Assembly: GCA_951406725.2 (NCBI GenBank)
Contig: OX597817.1
Location: forward strand, 94,798,001 to 94,862,000
Reading direction: 5' to 3'
From: Octopus vulgaris
Lineage: Eukaryota
DNA: 64,000 nucleotides
Position 1 is the stretch's first letter. Every line of letters starts with the position of its first letter. The notes beneath the pieces were generated by a model. That model had not been told where the DNA came from. It saw only the letters and a list, made by a program, of their open reading frames with translations, and ran no database searches. Shown in pieces: positions 38,740 to 52,479 of the stretch. Made by a program: the position numbers and the translations under genes.

Positions 38740-39252
38740 TTGTAAGCCTAGTACTTATTCTATCGGTCTCTTTTGCCGAACCGCTAGATTACGGGGCGTA
38801 AACATACCAACATCGGTTGTCAAGCGATGGTGGATGTACAAGCACAGACACACAAACGCACACACACACACACACTCACAGACACACACACACACGCGCA
38901 CATATATACATACGACGGGCTTCTTTCAGTTTCCGTCTACAAAGTCCGCTCACGGGGCTTCAGTTGTCCCGAGGCTACAGTAGAAGGCACTTGCCCAAGG
39001 CGCCACGAAGTGGGACTGAATCTAGAACCATATGGCTGGTAAGCAAGCTACTTACAACACAGCCACTGAAATAAAAAAATAAAAACCCAAACACATATGT
39101 GTGCGTATGTGTTGCTTCGGTTTCCATCTACTGAATTATCTCACAAGGTTTGGTTAGCCCAACACTATTGTAGAAGGCACTTGCTCAAAGTGCCACGCAG
39201 TGGGATTGGACCCGGAAGCATGTGGTTGGCGGGGGCAAGATTCTTACCACAC
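38740..39252 (-). mobile_element. SINE family B copy (38740-39068) plus a second head (39115-39252)
   Basis: Homology to 42466-42876. Confidence 0.8.
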
Positions 39253-39855
39253 AGTTATATTATATGTACACGTGACTTGTGGTTATCGTCATCTTTTATT
39301 CTCTTTCTCCTTTCCATTTCACGCCGACCGCCCAAGCGACTGCTCGTATTTTGTCTTGTCTCCCATTTTCAAACAGATAGTTTCGCTATCTGTCTATTGG
39401 TCTTCTGTTTCTAATCCTTTAGGATATTCCTCCGGGGGTTAACCATATTTTCGTCTCCTGTCTTGCCCAAAGGACGTATTCTGTTTATTTATTTCAGTTT
39501 GTTCGTATGTCCATATTTTATCTTGTTTGATTTCGTCTTTGTCCCTCGTCCGTCCACTAATGGTCTCGTCTTGAATCACATTTATTCATGTTTGTATGTC
39601 CACTTTCCGTATTGCATATCTATTTCCTATTTGTTTGTTCCCTTTTTGTCATGTTTGGTCCCTTGTTCGTTGGCTCGCCATTTACCGACGGCTCCTTGTT
39701 ACTGACACCACCAGAAAGGATCATTATTATCATTGAAGGCGCGAAATTGCATTTGACCCTCAAGCCGATAACTGATGAAGATTTGGTAACCTTCTGTGTC
39801 TGCTTTCCGTTCGTTTGTGCAATTATTATATCCTTTTTAACTTATATATATATAT

Positions 39856-40497
39856 ACAGGGGTTGGACTAACTAATCGAAACACCTAGCATCATAGCAAC
39901 ATAATTTTGAAATATCTATAAAACCGTCAAAAGCTTGTTTATTTTTATGTTTTTTATATTTATTATATGGTGTTGCTGATTCTTTTCAGATATCATTAGA
40001 AAAAGGTAATTAAAATTCAGTAAAATGACAGATCTGTCGGACTTTCAAAGAGGTCAAATTGTTGGTGTTCGTATGGTAGGCGCTAGCGTAACGAAAACAG
40101 CCGAAATGTTTGTTGTATCAAGAAGTACTGTCTCGAAAGTAATGACAGCCTTTGAAAAAGAAGGAAAAACCTCCTCGTCGAAGCAAAACTCCGAACTTTC
40201 AGATAGGGACCGTCGGACCCTGACGCGAATTGTTAGAAAAGTTCACAAAAGTACAGCTCTCAAAATTACTGAAGAGCTTAATGACCACGTTGAGAACTGT
40301 TTCCACAAAAACTTCGCCGGGAGCAGCACAAAGCCGGATTTCACGGGAGGGCTGCAATCAAAAAATAACTACTTTCAAAAACAAACGTAGCAAAGCGTTT
40401 AGAGTGGCGTAAAAACCTACAGAACTGGTCCCTAGAGCAGTAGAAGAATATTATTATTTTCTCGGACGAGTAGTCCTTTACCTTATTTCCGACCACT
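39856..40497 (+). mobile_element. Tc1-like transposon, 5' half
   Basis: TA-CAGGGG TIR start; MTDLSDFQRGQIVGVRMVGASVTKTAEMF paired-like HTH; IFSDE first catalytic motif near 40455-40470. Confidence 0.85.
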
Positions 40498-41033
40498 GTA
40501 TATGACTGTATCAGTCATATACAGCAAATAACCAGCAAAATTCTCATGTATCTTGAGTGAGTGATTTCTGTTATCTATGTATTATCTCACTGGTTTGTCT
40601 GTATCGACAGAGGTTATACGCCTTTCGTCTGACAATGTTAGTCACACTACATTGTCCTGTCACACCACTTTTGTCACTGTTGTTGTTTCCACTGTTTTTA
40701 CTTTATATTTTGCAGCTGCCGTTGACATTTTCTTGCAAGACAACAGATATTCCCTTTTCTACTTAATATTTTGATTTATAGGTGTCTCCAGCAGTGACAT
40801 TTTAATGATTAATATTTGTATGTCATAGGGAGTAGGGATGGCAACAGGAGGAGGGAAAGAGGAGTTACACTGTTTACATTTAGGTATGTGTGGAGGGAGG
40901 AAGAGGAGGAGGTAAAAGAGAAGAAAAATAAAGTAGTGAAGGGCGTGCATGTGGAATGTTTCTATCTCTCTCCTCTCCCTCCCTAACTCTCTCTCCTTCT
41001 CTCTTTTTATCTCTGTCTCTCTCACTCTCCCTT

Positions 41034-41064
<31 letters not shown>

Positions 41065-42156
41065 ATTCTGCATGTATGTGTAGGCATGTTAAAGAAAGAA
41101 GAACGTGCGAATGACAAAGAGGAGGATTGAATATTGCGCATGCGTATATATGCATGTATGTATCATTTATCTTTTATTTGTTTCAGTCATTAGACTACGG
41201 TCATGCTGGGACACCATTTGAAGTGTTTAATCGAACAAATCTACCCCATGACTTTTTTAAAGTCATGGTACTTTTTCTGTCAATCATTTTTAACTGAACT
41301 GCTAAATTACGGAAGCATAAACAAACGATAGAGTGGGGTCGAGCACAAGCACACAAAAAAAAACACCCACCCACATACACACACAAAGATATATCCATGT
41401 ATACATATATATGTGTATAGTTGGGCTGACGGAAACTGTGCGGAATCCCTTCAACTGAATTGTACCAGTAATTTAAAAGACCAGTTTGTCACACTTTCTG
41501 TGCCAGAAGATTACGTTTCTGGGGATTACTCAACCATTTATACTGGAATTCTACGAGTGGCTACCTATATGTGTATGTATATGTGTATATGTGCCTCTGT
41601 GTTTATGTTTGGTATGGTATGTGTGTGTGTGTATGTATGTATGTATGTATGTATGTATGTATGTATGTATGTATGTATGTATGTATGTATGTGTGCACTA
41701 TGTTCCAAACCTCCGTAAGGATTTCGGTAGTTATTGTATATCTTGATTAACTATTGCTGTTGGTGGAGGTGTAGTTGTTGAAGTGAGACGTGGCTGTGTA
41801 TTAAACAGACACCGTAACTACTGCGCAGTAAGTCTCACTGAGTGAGTCAATAGCTCACCAGAACTAAAGTATTTAATAGCCCTGAAACGAAAGTTCAGTA
41901 TGTTTTTATGGGGAATTTGCGATCTTTATGAGGATGTATACGAGATGTTGCCAGAAAATATCATCATAACAACCTTACCTTTGCAGCTATTCTCTCTAAA
42001 GATCTTTCTTTGGAATAACATGGGATTCCACCGTTTGTCCTCCCATCGTATTTGCTGACGAAGTGTGGTAAGTATTTTGATACCTTCTGCTCCTTTTTGG
42101 CGGCAATTGATGATACCTTAAACAGTCGAGTACGATTCAAAGATTGAATGCTATGT

Positions 42157-42165
42157 ATGGTCAGA

Positions 42166-42211
<46 letters not shown>

Positions 42212-42310
42212 TGTGTGTCTGTGTGTGTTTGTAGTTTTATGGTCAGACTCGTGTGTGTTTGTGTGTGTGTGTGCGTCTGTGTTTGTAGTTTTATGGTCAG
42301 CCTCGTGTGC
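42157..42310 (+). repeat. Three-unit minisatellite (atggtcagactcg + (GT)n + gtttgtagtttt)
   Basis: Units start at ~42157, 42239 and 42293. Confidence 0.8.
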
Positions 42311-42465
42311 ATATGTGTGTGCGCGCGCGAGCGTACGTGCGTGTGTGTGTGCGTACGTGCGTGTGTGCCTGTGTCTGTCTGTGTGTGTGTGTGATGTGTG
42401 CGTGTGTGTGTGTGTGTGCACTGAAGACATGATTATATTCGAATTTAATCTTTTTATCAAATGTT

Positions 42466-42675
42466 ACTCTTTTACTTGTTTCAGTCATTTGACTGCGGCC
42501 ATGCTGGAGCACCGCCTTTAGTCGACCAAATCGACCCCGGGACTTATTCTTTGTAAGCCCAGTACTTATTCTATCGGTCTCTTTTTGCCGAACCGCTAAG
42601 TGACGGGGACGTAAACACACCAGCATCGGTTGTCAAGCAATGCTAGGGGGACAAACAGACACAAACACACACACG

Positions 42676-42712
<37 letters not shown>

Positions 42713-42876
42713 GACGGGCTTCTTTCAGTTTCCGTCTACCAAATCCACTCACAAGGCATTGGTCGGCCTGAGGCTATAGTAGAAGACACTTGCCCAAGGT
42801 GCCACGCAGTGAGACTGAACCCGGAACCATGTGGTTGGTTAGCAAGCTACTTACCACTCAGCCACTCCTGCGCCTG
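42466..42876 (-). mobile_element. Full-length tRNA-derived SINE family B
   Basis: Head gcaggagtggctgagtggtaag...gggttcagtc, internal (TA)/(TG) tract, tail ccagcatggccgcagtcaaatgactgaaacaagtaaaaga. Confidence 0.9.
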
Positions 42877-44132
42877 TTCATATTTCTTTACTTTTTGCTT
42901 TCGCTTACTTTATAATGTTACAAAATCCATTCAAGTTTCAAGACCTTCTCGATTTTATACTCTGGATTTCATTCCTACTACGATACTTGGCAATAACGCA
43001 CTACTATCATAATTTCATTGCAAAGATGAAGCCGAGAAGGTCTCATAGCGTTAATTGATTTTGGGACATTTTTGTTCTAAATGAAACACAAAAGAATAAT
43101 AAAGAATAGAAAAACTCTTTAATAAGAAAAAAAGAGTAGTCTCGAACACGGCTGTATCTTCAATATAACATGTCTGAAAGAAAATATGTTCCCTATTTAT
43201 GGAAATACATAGATCCTTATACATAAACATTCAAATAGCAAGTGCAAGCACCACGTCCGTTTGCTCTGAAGACACGAATAGTTACAATACTTATAATTGC
43301 AGGCAGTGACTGCTCACACACATACAAAATGTAAACAGTAAAATCATTACTTGGAAGAACATTTAGCTTCTTCTAAGCGAACGATGCAATAAAGGATTCG
43401 TTGCAATATAACAAACAAGTATTCTATTTAACTAACTGATCGAAACATTGAACAATACAAACACAAATACACCGAACGAATGAATCAGACTGCTACATCA
43501 GATATCTATTAACAATACCCAAACCGTAAATAAAGCATATTATACTAATCAAGTACATATGCGATAAACATATCTGAAAACATCTATGACTTACTATTGT
43601 ATTGGTTATACAAGTAGCATGCGCTAGTTCATCATGTACTAACAAGAAATTAACGCAGCGTACCACTTCGCGCGACACAAGTCAAGACTAGAAACATATT
43701 ACTCAACGATGCATCTATTCTGTACAGTTTTCGCAAGATAAATTATTAATGATGCAATACGCATAATTCAGCACAACGCTAAAATAAACACACGAATGTC
43801 ATACATTAATCACAAACGAAAATAAACACCTGACTGATGACGTTTAAGTCTGATGGTCATGAGTTGAGATTCTGGAGGCCTTGTCTATATTAATTCCATT
43901 AGTCCTGCCTACAAGAAGCAGGCAGTAATAAACGATATCATACCTTCATCTTGAAGATGAGGCCATTAAAGTCTAGAAATATTGATGATGAATTGAAAAT
44001 CTTACTGTTGCAAAGAAACTTCAAAGAACTCGTACAAAAATATGAAATAGAAACCTTGGGTAAAAAAATGATAAAACAAGAATTTGGTTGTGTTTTCAAT
44101 AAACATGTCCAATAGAAAATCTGTTCCCCAAC

Positions 44133-44321
<189 letters not shown>

Positions 44322-44397
44322 TGCAGCGTGGACGGTGTTTATAAGCCATTTAAAAACACACAAAAACCGTTAGATTCACGTCAACATTTTAATTTAA

Positions 44398-44448
44398 TTT
44401 GCCAAAATATTTTCGTCGCTTTGAAGCCGCGACCTGATCACTGACAAA
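44398..44448 (-). ncRNA. Variant hammerhead ribozyme (G3-C8 core, GTGATCA)
   Basis: tttgtca-GTGATCA-g-GTCGC-ggcttcaaa-GCGAC-GAA-AATATT-T-tggcaaa; 7-bp stem I (one G-U), palindromic stem III. Confidence 0.65.
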
Positions 44449-44838
44449 ATTCCGTGCTGCATTTGAGAAAGTAACAGTTTTAGTTCATGATATATATGTA
44501 CGTATGTATGTATGTATGTATGTATGTATGTATGTATGTATGTATGTATGTATGTATGTATGTATGTATGTATGTATGTGCGTATGTATGTATATATGTA
44601 TGTATGTGTGTGTACATGTATGTGCGTATGCATATGTGTACATGCGTACGGATGTGTGCATGCCTATACGAATGTATGTATGTATGTTTGTATGTATGTA
44701 CTTATGTATGTACGTGAGTATGTAGGTCAGTGTGTAGACGTGTCTGTGTGTGTACGTGTGTATGTACATGTGAACGTATGTTTATGTACTGATGTGTCTG
44801 TTTAAGTTGTATACATGACTGTTACTTTTTTAAGGTTG

Positions 44839-44919
<81 letters not shown>

Positions 44920-45573
44920 AAACTTTATAGGAACGATTTATTCAAAATTTCAACCTTGTCACGTATTGTGTCCCATTGATTCCATTTGATAATTATGTTA
45001 CAGGTACAATTGATTCTGGTGTACTCAGCTACTTACTATAAATCAGTAGCTACATAGTTCAATTATGTGAACAGTATACTTATACCTATATGTCATTCCC
45101 GACGGAGAAGTCCAGCAAATATGTGTGTATAGGGGTATGCATGTATGTATGTATGTATGCGTGTAGGTAGGTAGGTAGGTAGGTAGGTAGGTAGGTAGGT
45201 AGGTAGGTAGACAGGTATAGGTCTTCTTTCCCTGCCATCCAACCTCTGCTATATTGCAATATATCTAGTTATGCTTCAACTATTAATCTTTGTCTCGTCT
45301 CATTCAGCCCTCCACCTTCATATGATTCTACTTCAGAGTCTTTGTTATGACCTATAAATCAATGTGCCAGTCAGATCGATTACACATGGTGCCTCACAGC
45401 GCAAAGGTAGTTTGTTATATTAGTAAATATAGCAATGGGATTCGGGCTATTTGAAGTGTGTAAATCAAACCAGTATGAGTATGACACATATTCATATATA
45501 CACGTATATGTCTGTGTGTGTGTGTATGTGTGTGTTTGTGCGTACAAACACATACGCATGTGTCTGGTATATA

Positions 45574-45634
<61 letters not shown>

Positions 45635-46043
45635 CACACACACACATACACACACATATATATATAATATACGTAAATATCGAACAATGAGAATGCTTAT
45701 ACTTCTATATTAGCACTTGTGTATATGTGTGTGAGTGGAGGAAACATGTCAGTATTTCTTTATGTATATTAGAATTGTTTAAGCCGGCAGAATGCAGTAT
45801 ATAGTACACAGCGTTTTTAACAACGAACAGGATGATGGCCTCTGAAACGTTTTGATCATGAATCAGTGGATTAGCGGTGGTTTTTATTTAAACAAGAATA
45901 ATTCTATCGTGTTGGATCGGAATTAAACAACTTCATTATGAGCTACCACAGAGTCAATATTACAATTCGAACAGTGAAAATTTCGACCATACATACATGT
46001 ATGTATGTATGTATGTATGTATGTATGTATGTATGTATGTATG

Positions 46044-46074
<31 letters not shown>

Positions 46075-46174
46075 GTATGTATGCATGTGTGTATGTACGT
46101 ATGTATGTATGTGGATCTATGAGCGAGTGTGTATATGTGCGTGTACGATGTACGTCTGTGTGTGTATTTATGTG

Positions 46175-46249
<75 letters not shown>

Positions 46250-47354
46250 CAATGAGTAACGAGTTTGTTTATTCCGATAACATAAAAATCTAGAGATCTG
46301 GAGCTTTTTGAACGCACTTCCAGCATCAGTTGGATTTTTGAACTCCTTCTCTCGCAGGAAACCATCAACGTGCTTGAAAAAGTGGTAGTCGGTAGGAGAA
46401 AGGTCTGGGGAATAATCTGGGTGGGGAAGAACATCATAGCCAAGTTCCCTCAACTTCTGGAACGTCATTAGTGAAACGTGTGGTCGAACATTGTCATGAA
46501 GAATGACTGACCCACTTCTGTTGACCAGTCTGGGACGGAGAAGCAGCAGTTTTTCCTCCATTTTGGCAATTTCATGGCAATATGTTTCTGCAATAATGGT
46601 TTTTCCAGGTTTTAAGAAGTTATAGTGGATGAGTCCAGCAGTACATCACCAAACGGTCACCATAACTTTCTTTTTGAAGAGCTCGGGTTTAGGGAAGATT
46701 TTCGCTACTTTATTTCTGTCCAACCACTGAGAACATTTCTTTTATTATTGTACAGAATCCACTTTTCATCGCAAGTTACAATGTGGTTGAAATATGGATC
46801 GATCTGGTTACAGAGAAGAGCAAATTTCGTATCTGCGCATTTTCTGGTTTTCATTCAAATCGTGATTTGTCGAGCTTCTTTGATTTTCTGATCGCATGTA
46901 AATGGTTGCAGGCAGTTTTCTCACTAACTTGAAGATCTTTTGTAGGTTCTCGAGTGGTTTTATGTGGATCTTTCTCAATGCCAGTTTTAAATTGACCGTC
47001 ATCGATGACAGATGGGCGTCCACTACGCTCACGATCTTCAAGGCTCAGGTCTCCACTGCGAAATCGTTTAAACTATTTTCCAGCTGATTACTCACTGGTC
47101 AGTTCCTCACCAAATGTTTCATTGATATCGCGAACAGTTTCAGCTGATTTACGTCCTTTTTGGAAGTTAAATAGCAAAATTGCTTGAATATTGCACTTTG
47201 ACAGTTCCATTTCAAATTACTGTGACAACGGTGAAAAATATATTGATGCATTTGGGTAAATCTACATCTGTATTATCAGACAATTGCAAACTCTATAAAA
47301 ATCCGGTACAAATTCGTCATAGTTCAAAACATTCCTTACTTTTTATACAACCTG
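46250..47354 (-). mobile_element. mariner (DD34D) transposon, decayed
   Basis: TIR tatcaggttgtataaaaag; MELSK...FRSGDLSLEDRERSGRP; HDNVRPH; PDYSPDLSPTDYHFF. Confidence 0.9.
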
Positions 47355-47634
47355 ATAGTTATTCTACCATCAATAGATCGGTACGTACAACGAATACGAA
47401 ACTTCACTGGTGAAATCATAAGAAATCCGAAACGTTTGGAGTTGTCTCCCCTACTTGCCGTAAAAAAATTAATAATGGTTTCAAATTTTGGCACAAAGCT
47501 AGTTATTTTAAAGGAAAGTAAGTCAATTATATCGAGCCCAGTGTAAAACTGGTACTTATTTTAACCACTCCGAAAGAATGAAAGGCAAAGTAGACCGCGG
47601 CGGAATTTGATCCCAAGGACATAAGTATAGTAAT

Positions 47635-48177
47635 TACACGCCATATCACGGTTCACCTATCGCGCCCTCTGTACATCGCGGGTTTTTCTGGCTAATATAT
47701 GTAAATTTATAACGGGGTCCCCTCAGTATATCACGTGTTTCTACGGCTGATAGGTATTTAAATTCTTTTTAGATTTTAATTATTTCTGTGGTAAAATAAT
47801 CATTTTCACGCCTAAAAATTAATAAATTAATAAATTAATAAATTAAGATACTATACAGTACTGCACTGTACAACACATTAATTAAATCGTAATAAAGAAA
47901 ATACGTAGTATACCGTAGATGTGTAAACAAAGAGTCGCACATACTGTATGAAAAACGAAACTCGGAAGGCAATAAAAGAGAAGACACGGGTACTCCTAAG
48001 AGTGTGGAGAGAGTTTATAAAAGCTGAAATATATAAAAGTAATAAAATAAATATATACAAATTATAAAAGTAATTAAAAAATATACGGTACAGTACTGTT
48101 TCTACTTCGCGGATTTTCACCCAACGTGAGGGTTAGGGTTGGAACGTAACACCTGCGATAATCGAAGGTTTACCGTA
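47635..48177. mobile_element. Tigger/pogo-like MITE nested in a family A SINE (47470-47620 + 48180-48237, minus)
   Basis: gccatatcacggttcacctatcgcg... / ...gcgataatcgaaggtttaccgta ends; SINE halves on both sides. Confidence 0.6.
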
Positions 48178-48906
48178 GTCTGAAAAAGTGCCGCTCAGCA
48201 GTTTGCCCAAGTCGTTAATGATTCTACAAACTCACAAATAGACATTGACTAATTTTATTTTACCTGTACATAATTATTTCTAGTTAGCTTTTTCAATTTT
48301 CCCAGGGTTAAATATATTAACACCGACTTGACTAACAATCTCTCTCTATAGATTCTGAAGTTAAATACCCAATCAACATGACCAGCTGTAATTCCATGAA
48401 GGAAACGAACTAATACTTATCTAAAAATTGACAAGGGAGAAGGAATATTCCTGGAATTTTAATGACACAGTGAGAATGTTTGCCGTTCTCTCTTGACCTT
48501 AAGACATTAGAAGTGCAAGTGAAATAATCTGAATCAATTTAGGTGAGTTCTTGGCTCAAAGAAACTAAGCTGACGTATGTGATGTGTATGAGTGTGTGAG
48601 AGTGTGTCTATGTGCCTCTGTGTATCTGCGTATGGGGGTCACAACATGATCGCAATTCAATGACTAAGACAAATAAAAAGTAAAACAGTAACTAAGTATA
48701 AGGCGTGCTCCAGCATTACCGCAGTCAAATGAATGAAACAAGTAAAAGAATAAAAGAATACACACACACATATAGTAACACAAAGAGAGGAATTTCGATT
48801 ATCTCCTCGTAGTGAGTTGTAATGCAAAAAGTATATATCAAATAAAGAGGGAAATGCGCACACTTTACATAGTTTTAATATATTTTTTAATATATTTTAT
48901 ACTGCT

Positions 48907-48939
48907 TGTCTACCGGTTTCGCTTTCGCTAATCATGACA
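48907..48939 (-). ncRNA. 33-nt variant hammerhead (A3-U8 core, ATGATTA)
   Basis: tgtc-ATGATTA-GC-gaaa-GC-GAAAC-CG-GTA-gaca. Confidence 0.7.
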
Positions 48940-49658
48940 TTGAAATTATTGTAATTTCGTATTCTCTGAAGATTTTAGTCCATGTTGTGAGTAGAGAAGT
49001 TTGTGAATGATTCAAGTAGAAAATCTAAGGGGAAGTAATTGGTGATTGTTATTACTGGGGACAGGGGAGGTAATTGTTCATCTTTCGGGGCCGAGGATAA
49101 ATATTCACAAAAACTCAAAAGCTAAAGTAGTGAGAAGAAATATGTACACTGATGGGAATGAAATCATGAATTAAAATATATACTGAGATTAAAGTTGGTT
49201 ATGCGTTCATATTTAGACTTGTTCTGTATTTTTCGATGACAAATTTTCCAAAATAAAATTTATAGTAAACATTTTTAGACCCAATGGAGAGAAATAAGGA
49301 CACAGGCTGGAACAAAACATACAGGAGAAACCCAACGTATTGAATTTATTAAAGAAACGTCTTTCTGCAACAAAAATCAGTATACTGGCTAAAGGATTGA
49401 AATTTATCCCAACCCCACGAAGATCTAATCAGAATGAAATTAAAGACAATATTTCTGAATTCTGCAGAAAACTACGACGCACAGAAGCACTAACTGACTA
49501 CAACGAGGATGAATCACTGGTTAAGACTTCTGCGATCATATCCAAAATTTCCCAAATACTTTCCATAAGCGAAAAACTAATTTAGAATGGAAAAATCTAA
49601 TTAAACTACAAAACGACAAAGAACTGACAATTAAAGAAGCAGACAAAGGAAATGCTGT

Positions 49659-50189
49659 CTTCTTCTTCTTCTTCTTCTTCTTCTTCTTCTTCTTCTTCTT
49701 CTTCTTCTTCTTCTTTTCTTCTTCTTCTTCTTCTTCTTCTTCTTCTTCTTCTTCTTCTTCTTCTTCTTCTTCTTCTTCTTCTTCTTCTTCTTCTTTTTCT
49801 TCCAATCAGGACTCACGCCATTAGCCACAAAGAATAATCTCTAAATCGAGCCTACTCTAAGCTACTAAGAATACGTGTGACAACTTGAAGATCAACCCAC
49901 CAAACGCGATAGACTGGCGGTTGGACGGGCACGAAAGCTGCGTTTGTTGTCCTCATTTCGTGAGCTAAACCATCCTGAGGTACAAAGGATTCACAATCTA
50001 GGAAGAAAGAGTGAGAGAAAGTTGTGGTGAAAGATTACAGCGGGGCTCACCCCCACCCCCATCCCGCCTGAGCCTCGTGGAGCTTAGGTGTTTTTGCTCA
50101 ATAAACACTCACAATTCCCGGTCTGGGAATCGAAACCGCCTTCTTACGACCGCGAATCCGCTGCCCTAACCACTGGGCCATTGCGCCTT
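49659..50189 (-). mobile_element. tRNA-derived SINE (family C) with (GAA)n tail and 15-bp TSD
   Basis: Head ggcgcaatggcccagtggttagg...ggtttcgattccc; TSD caaaggaaatgctgt (49644-49658) / caaagggagtgctgt (50190-50204). Confidence 0.85.
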
Positions 50190-51854
50190 CAAAGGGAGTG
50201 CTGTAGTATTATCCATGCTCGAAAACGATACCATCTACGAAAAGGTTGTAAACTATAAACAACAAAAAACAATGAAAAATCCTGCATCCCTAATGGAAAA
50301 GGTCTGCATCTACATGGAAATCTTGCATCTAAATGGAGAAGGCCTAACAGAAAAAGAAATAGATTACATCACGAACTTTAAACGTAAACCTAGTCTTTTT
50401 TACGGCCTACCAAAAATACATAAGAGCAAGATAGTTAATGAAGTCTGCAAACAATCACACATAAATACCAAGCGCCAGAAGACTTAAAGTTAAGACCCAT
50501 TATAGCTGGCCCAGCCTGTGAAACCCACCGCCGAAGCAATTTTATAGACATCCTACTGCAACCCTTGCTGAAATACATCAAAAGTTTCACTAGAGATGAT
50601 CTAGACATGTTAGAGCACCTACAAAAACCAACTAATAAAGAGGCATTACTGGCTTCCTTCGATGTTATTAATCTTTACACCAGCATCCCACAAGACTATG
50701 GAATAGAAGCAATAAAATTCGGGTTGGAAAAGTACCCCGAAGTACTTCCGGAACGCAAAATCAGGTCTTTATTGTTCAATCTTTAAAATTTATACTTCAG
50801 ATCAATTATTTCCTATTTGATGACACTTACTATCGCCAAAAATGCGGAATTGCGATGGGAACGACAGCAGCCCCTGTTCTTGCGAACCTAATAATGGATT
50901 ATTTTGAACTCACCATATATGAAGTGTCACTGCAAAAATATGGATATCCATTTCACTATTATTTCATAAGAGAGAACTGGAAAAGATACCTGGATGACTG
51001 CTTTATCATTTGGATGGAGACCATTGATAAACTTTTGAAATTCAAATCAATACTAAATAATATAAACCCTAACATTCAATTCACAATGGAATATAGCAAA
51101 GAACAGCTCCACTTTTTTTTTTAATATTATGATAAAAAAGTCAACAAGTAAATTATAACTGATATCTATCATAAACAAATGGACTCGAAGCAATATCTCC
51201 TGTTTAGCTCATGCCACCCGAAATACATTAAAAGAAATATCCCCTTTAATTTAGCAAAAGGTGTTTGCATAATAGTGTCTGATGCAAATACTGGGAATCT
51301 TCGTCTTCAAGACTTCAGAACAACACTAACTGAAAGGCAATTCCCACCCTCACTTATAGACGATGAAATTAAGCGTGCTAAAAAATTAAACATTAAAACA
51401 ATGAGGGCAACATAACGTAACACCACACCTTATCTCAAAACACTACTGTATATATCAACTCACAACCCTAGAAACAATGCGGCATACAACACTATTGTAC
51501 AAAATCTATCTATGCTCACTAGAGATCCAAAAATTAACAACATTCTGAAAACACATAAATTCATTAAATGCAAAGCAACAAGAACCGCTAAAAAGACTTC
51601 TAACAAATGCGAAGCTTTACACAATAACCACGAAACCAACGGTGAAAAAATGTGGACCTACTGGAAGGCTCGGAATTCCTATTCAAATAAGGAGAGAGGT
51701 TCCAATTAAAACCAGCTTCACTTGTGCTTCCGAGCATCTAATTCATGTTATAACTTGCTCATGTTGTGGACATAACTATATAGGACAGCCATGTGTGAAA
51801 CTTGGGGTCTATTTCTAGCAGACTGGTGTTGTAATCATTCAACATCCTTATTAC

Positions 51855-52245
51855 GACGGGCTACTATCAGTTTCCGTCTACCAAATCTACTCACAAGGCT
51901 TTCGTCAGCCCGTGGCTTCAGTGGAAGACACTTGCCCAAGATATCACGCAGTGACACTGAACCTGGAACTTTGGGTTGAGAAGCAAGCTTTTTCCTACAT
52001 AGCCACGCCTGCGCCTATAGCTGGTAGAACCGTTAGCACGCCGGGCGAAATGTGGAGCCGTATTTCGTCTGCTGTTACGTTCTGAGTTCAAATTCCGTCG
52101 AGGTCGACTTTGCCTTTCATCCTTTCGGGGGTCGACAAATTAAGTACCAGTTATGCACTGGGGTCGATGTAATCGACTTAATTCGTTTGTCTGCCCTTGT
52201 TTGTCCCCCCCCCTATGTTTAGCCCCTTGTGGGTAATAAAGAAAC
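51855..52245. mobile_element. Head-to-head SINEs: family B head (minus, 51855-52018) and family A (plus, 52020-52245)
   Basis: Homology to other copies in the window. Confidence 0.85.
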
Positions 52246-52479
52246 ATATGTGTGTGCGTGCGTGCGTGTGTGTGCGTGCGCATGTGTGTGTGCGTACGTG
52301 CGTGTGTGTGTGTGCGTGCGTGTGTGTGTGTGTGTGTGTCTGCGTGTGGTGATTTAGAGACACTTAATTACCAGCATATTACTCTCTTCAAGCTAATTAA
52401 AAGGTTATCTCTTTCAGATACCCCGAAGAAGATAAAACGTTAACACAAATAATAAAAAGACGCACAGTAATTGTTGTCA

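Larger units (their letters stand above)
48760..51790 (+). mobile_element. PLE (Neptune-like) with inverted 5' pLTR and nested SINE
   Basis: LAKGLKFIPTP, KEADKGNAV, FYGLPKIHK, ASFDVINLYTSIP, MGTTAAP, KRYLDDCF, VITCSCCGHNYIG; 48760-49250 is an antisense 3' end (KFVIEKYRTSLN*). Confidence 0.9.

Noticed and set aside
39760-39800. CTGATGAAG core (also CTGACGA at 60075, CCGATGA at ~59798 and CTAAAGA near 4360 minus)
   Set aside because: No properly placed GAAA/stem III, or an essential core base is lost
42157-42310. CRISPR-like repeat/spacer pattern
   Set aside because: Spacers are (GT)n; eukaryotic minisatellite with no cas genes
47400-47443. Hammerhead-like aacttca-CTGGTGA...GAAACGTT-tggagtt
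   Set aside because: Stem I is good but A6 is mutated and stem II is unpaired; a relic at best
49536-49837. Poly-E/K/R/S/L ORFs
   Set aside because: (GAA)n SINE tail
50110-50189. tRNA gene-like sequence (also at 26336 and ~42800)
   Set aside because: SINE heads; no complete cloverleaf, and they continue into SINE bodies
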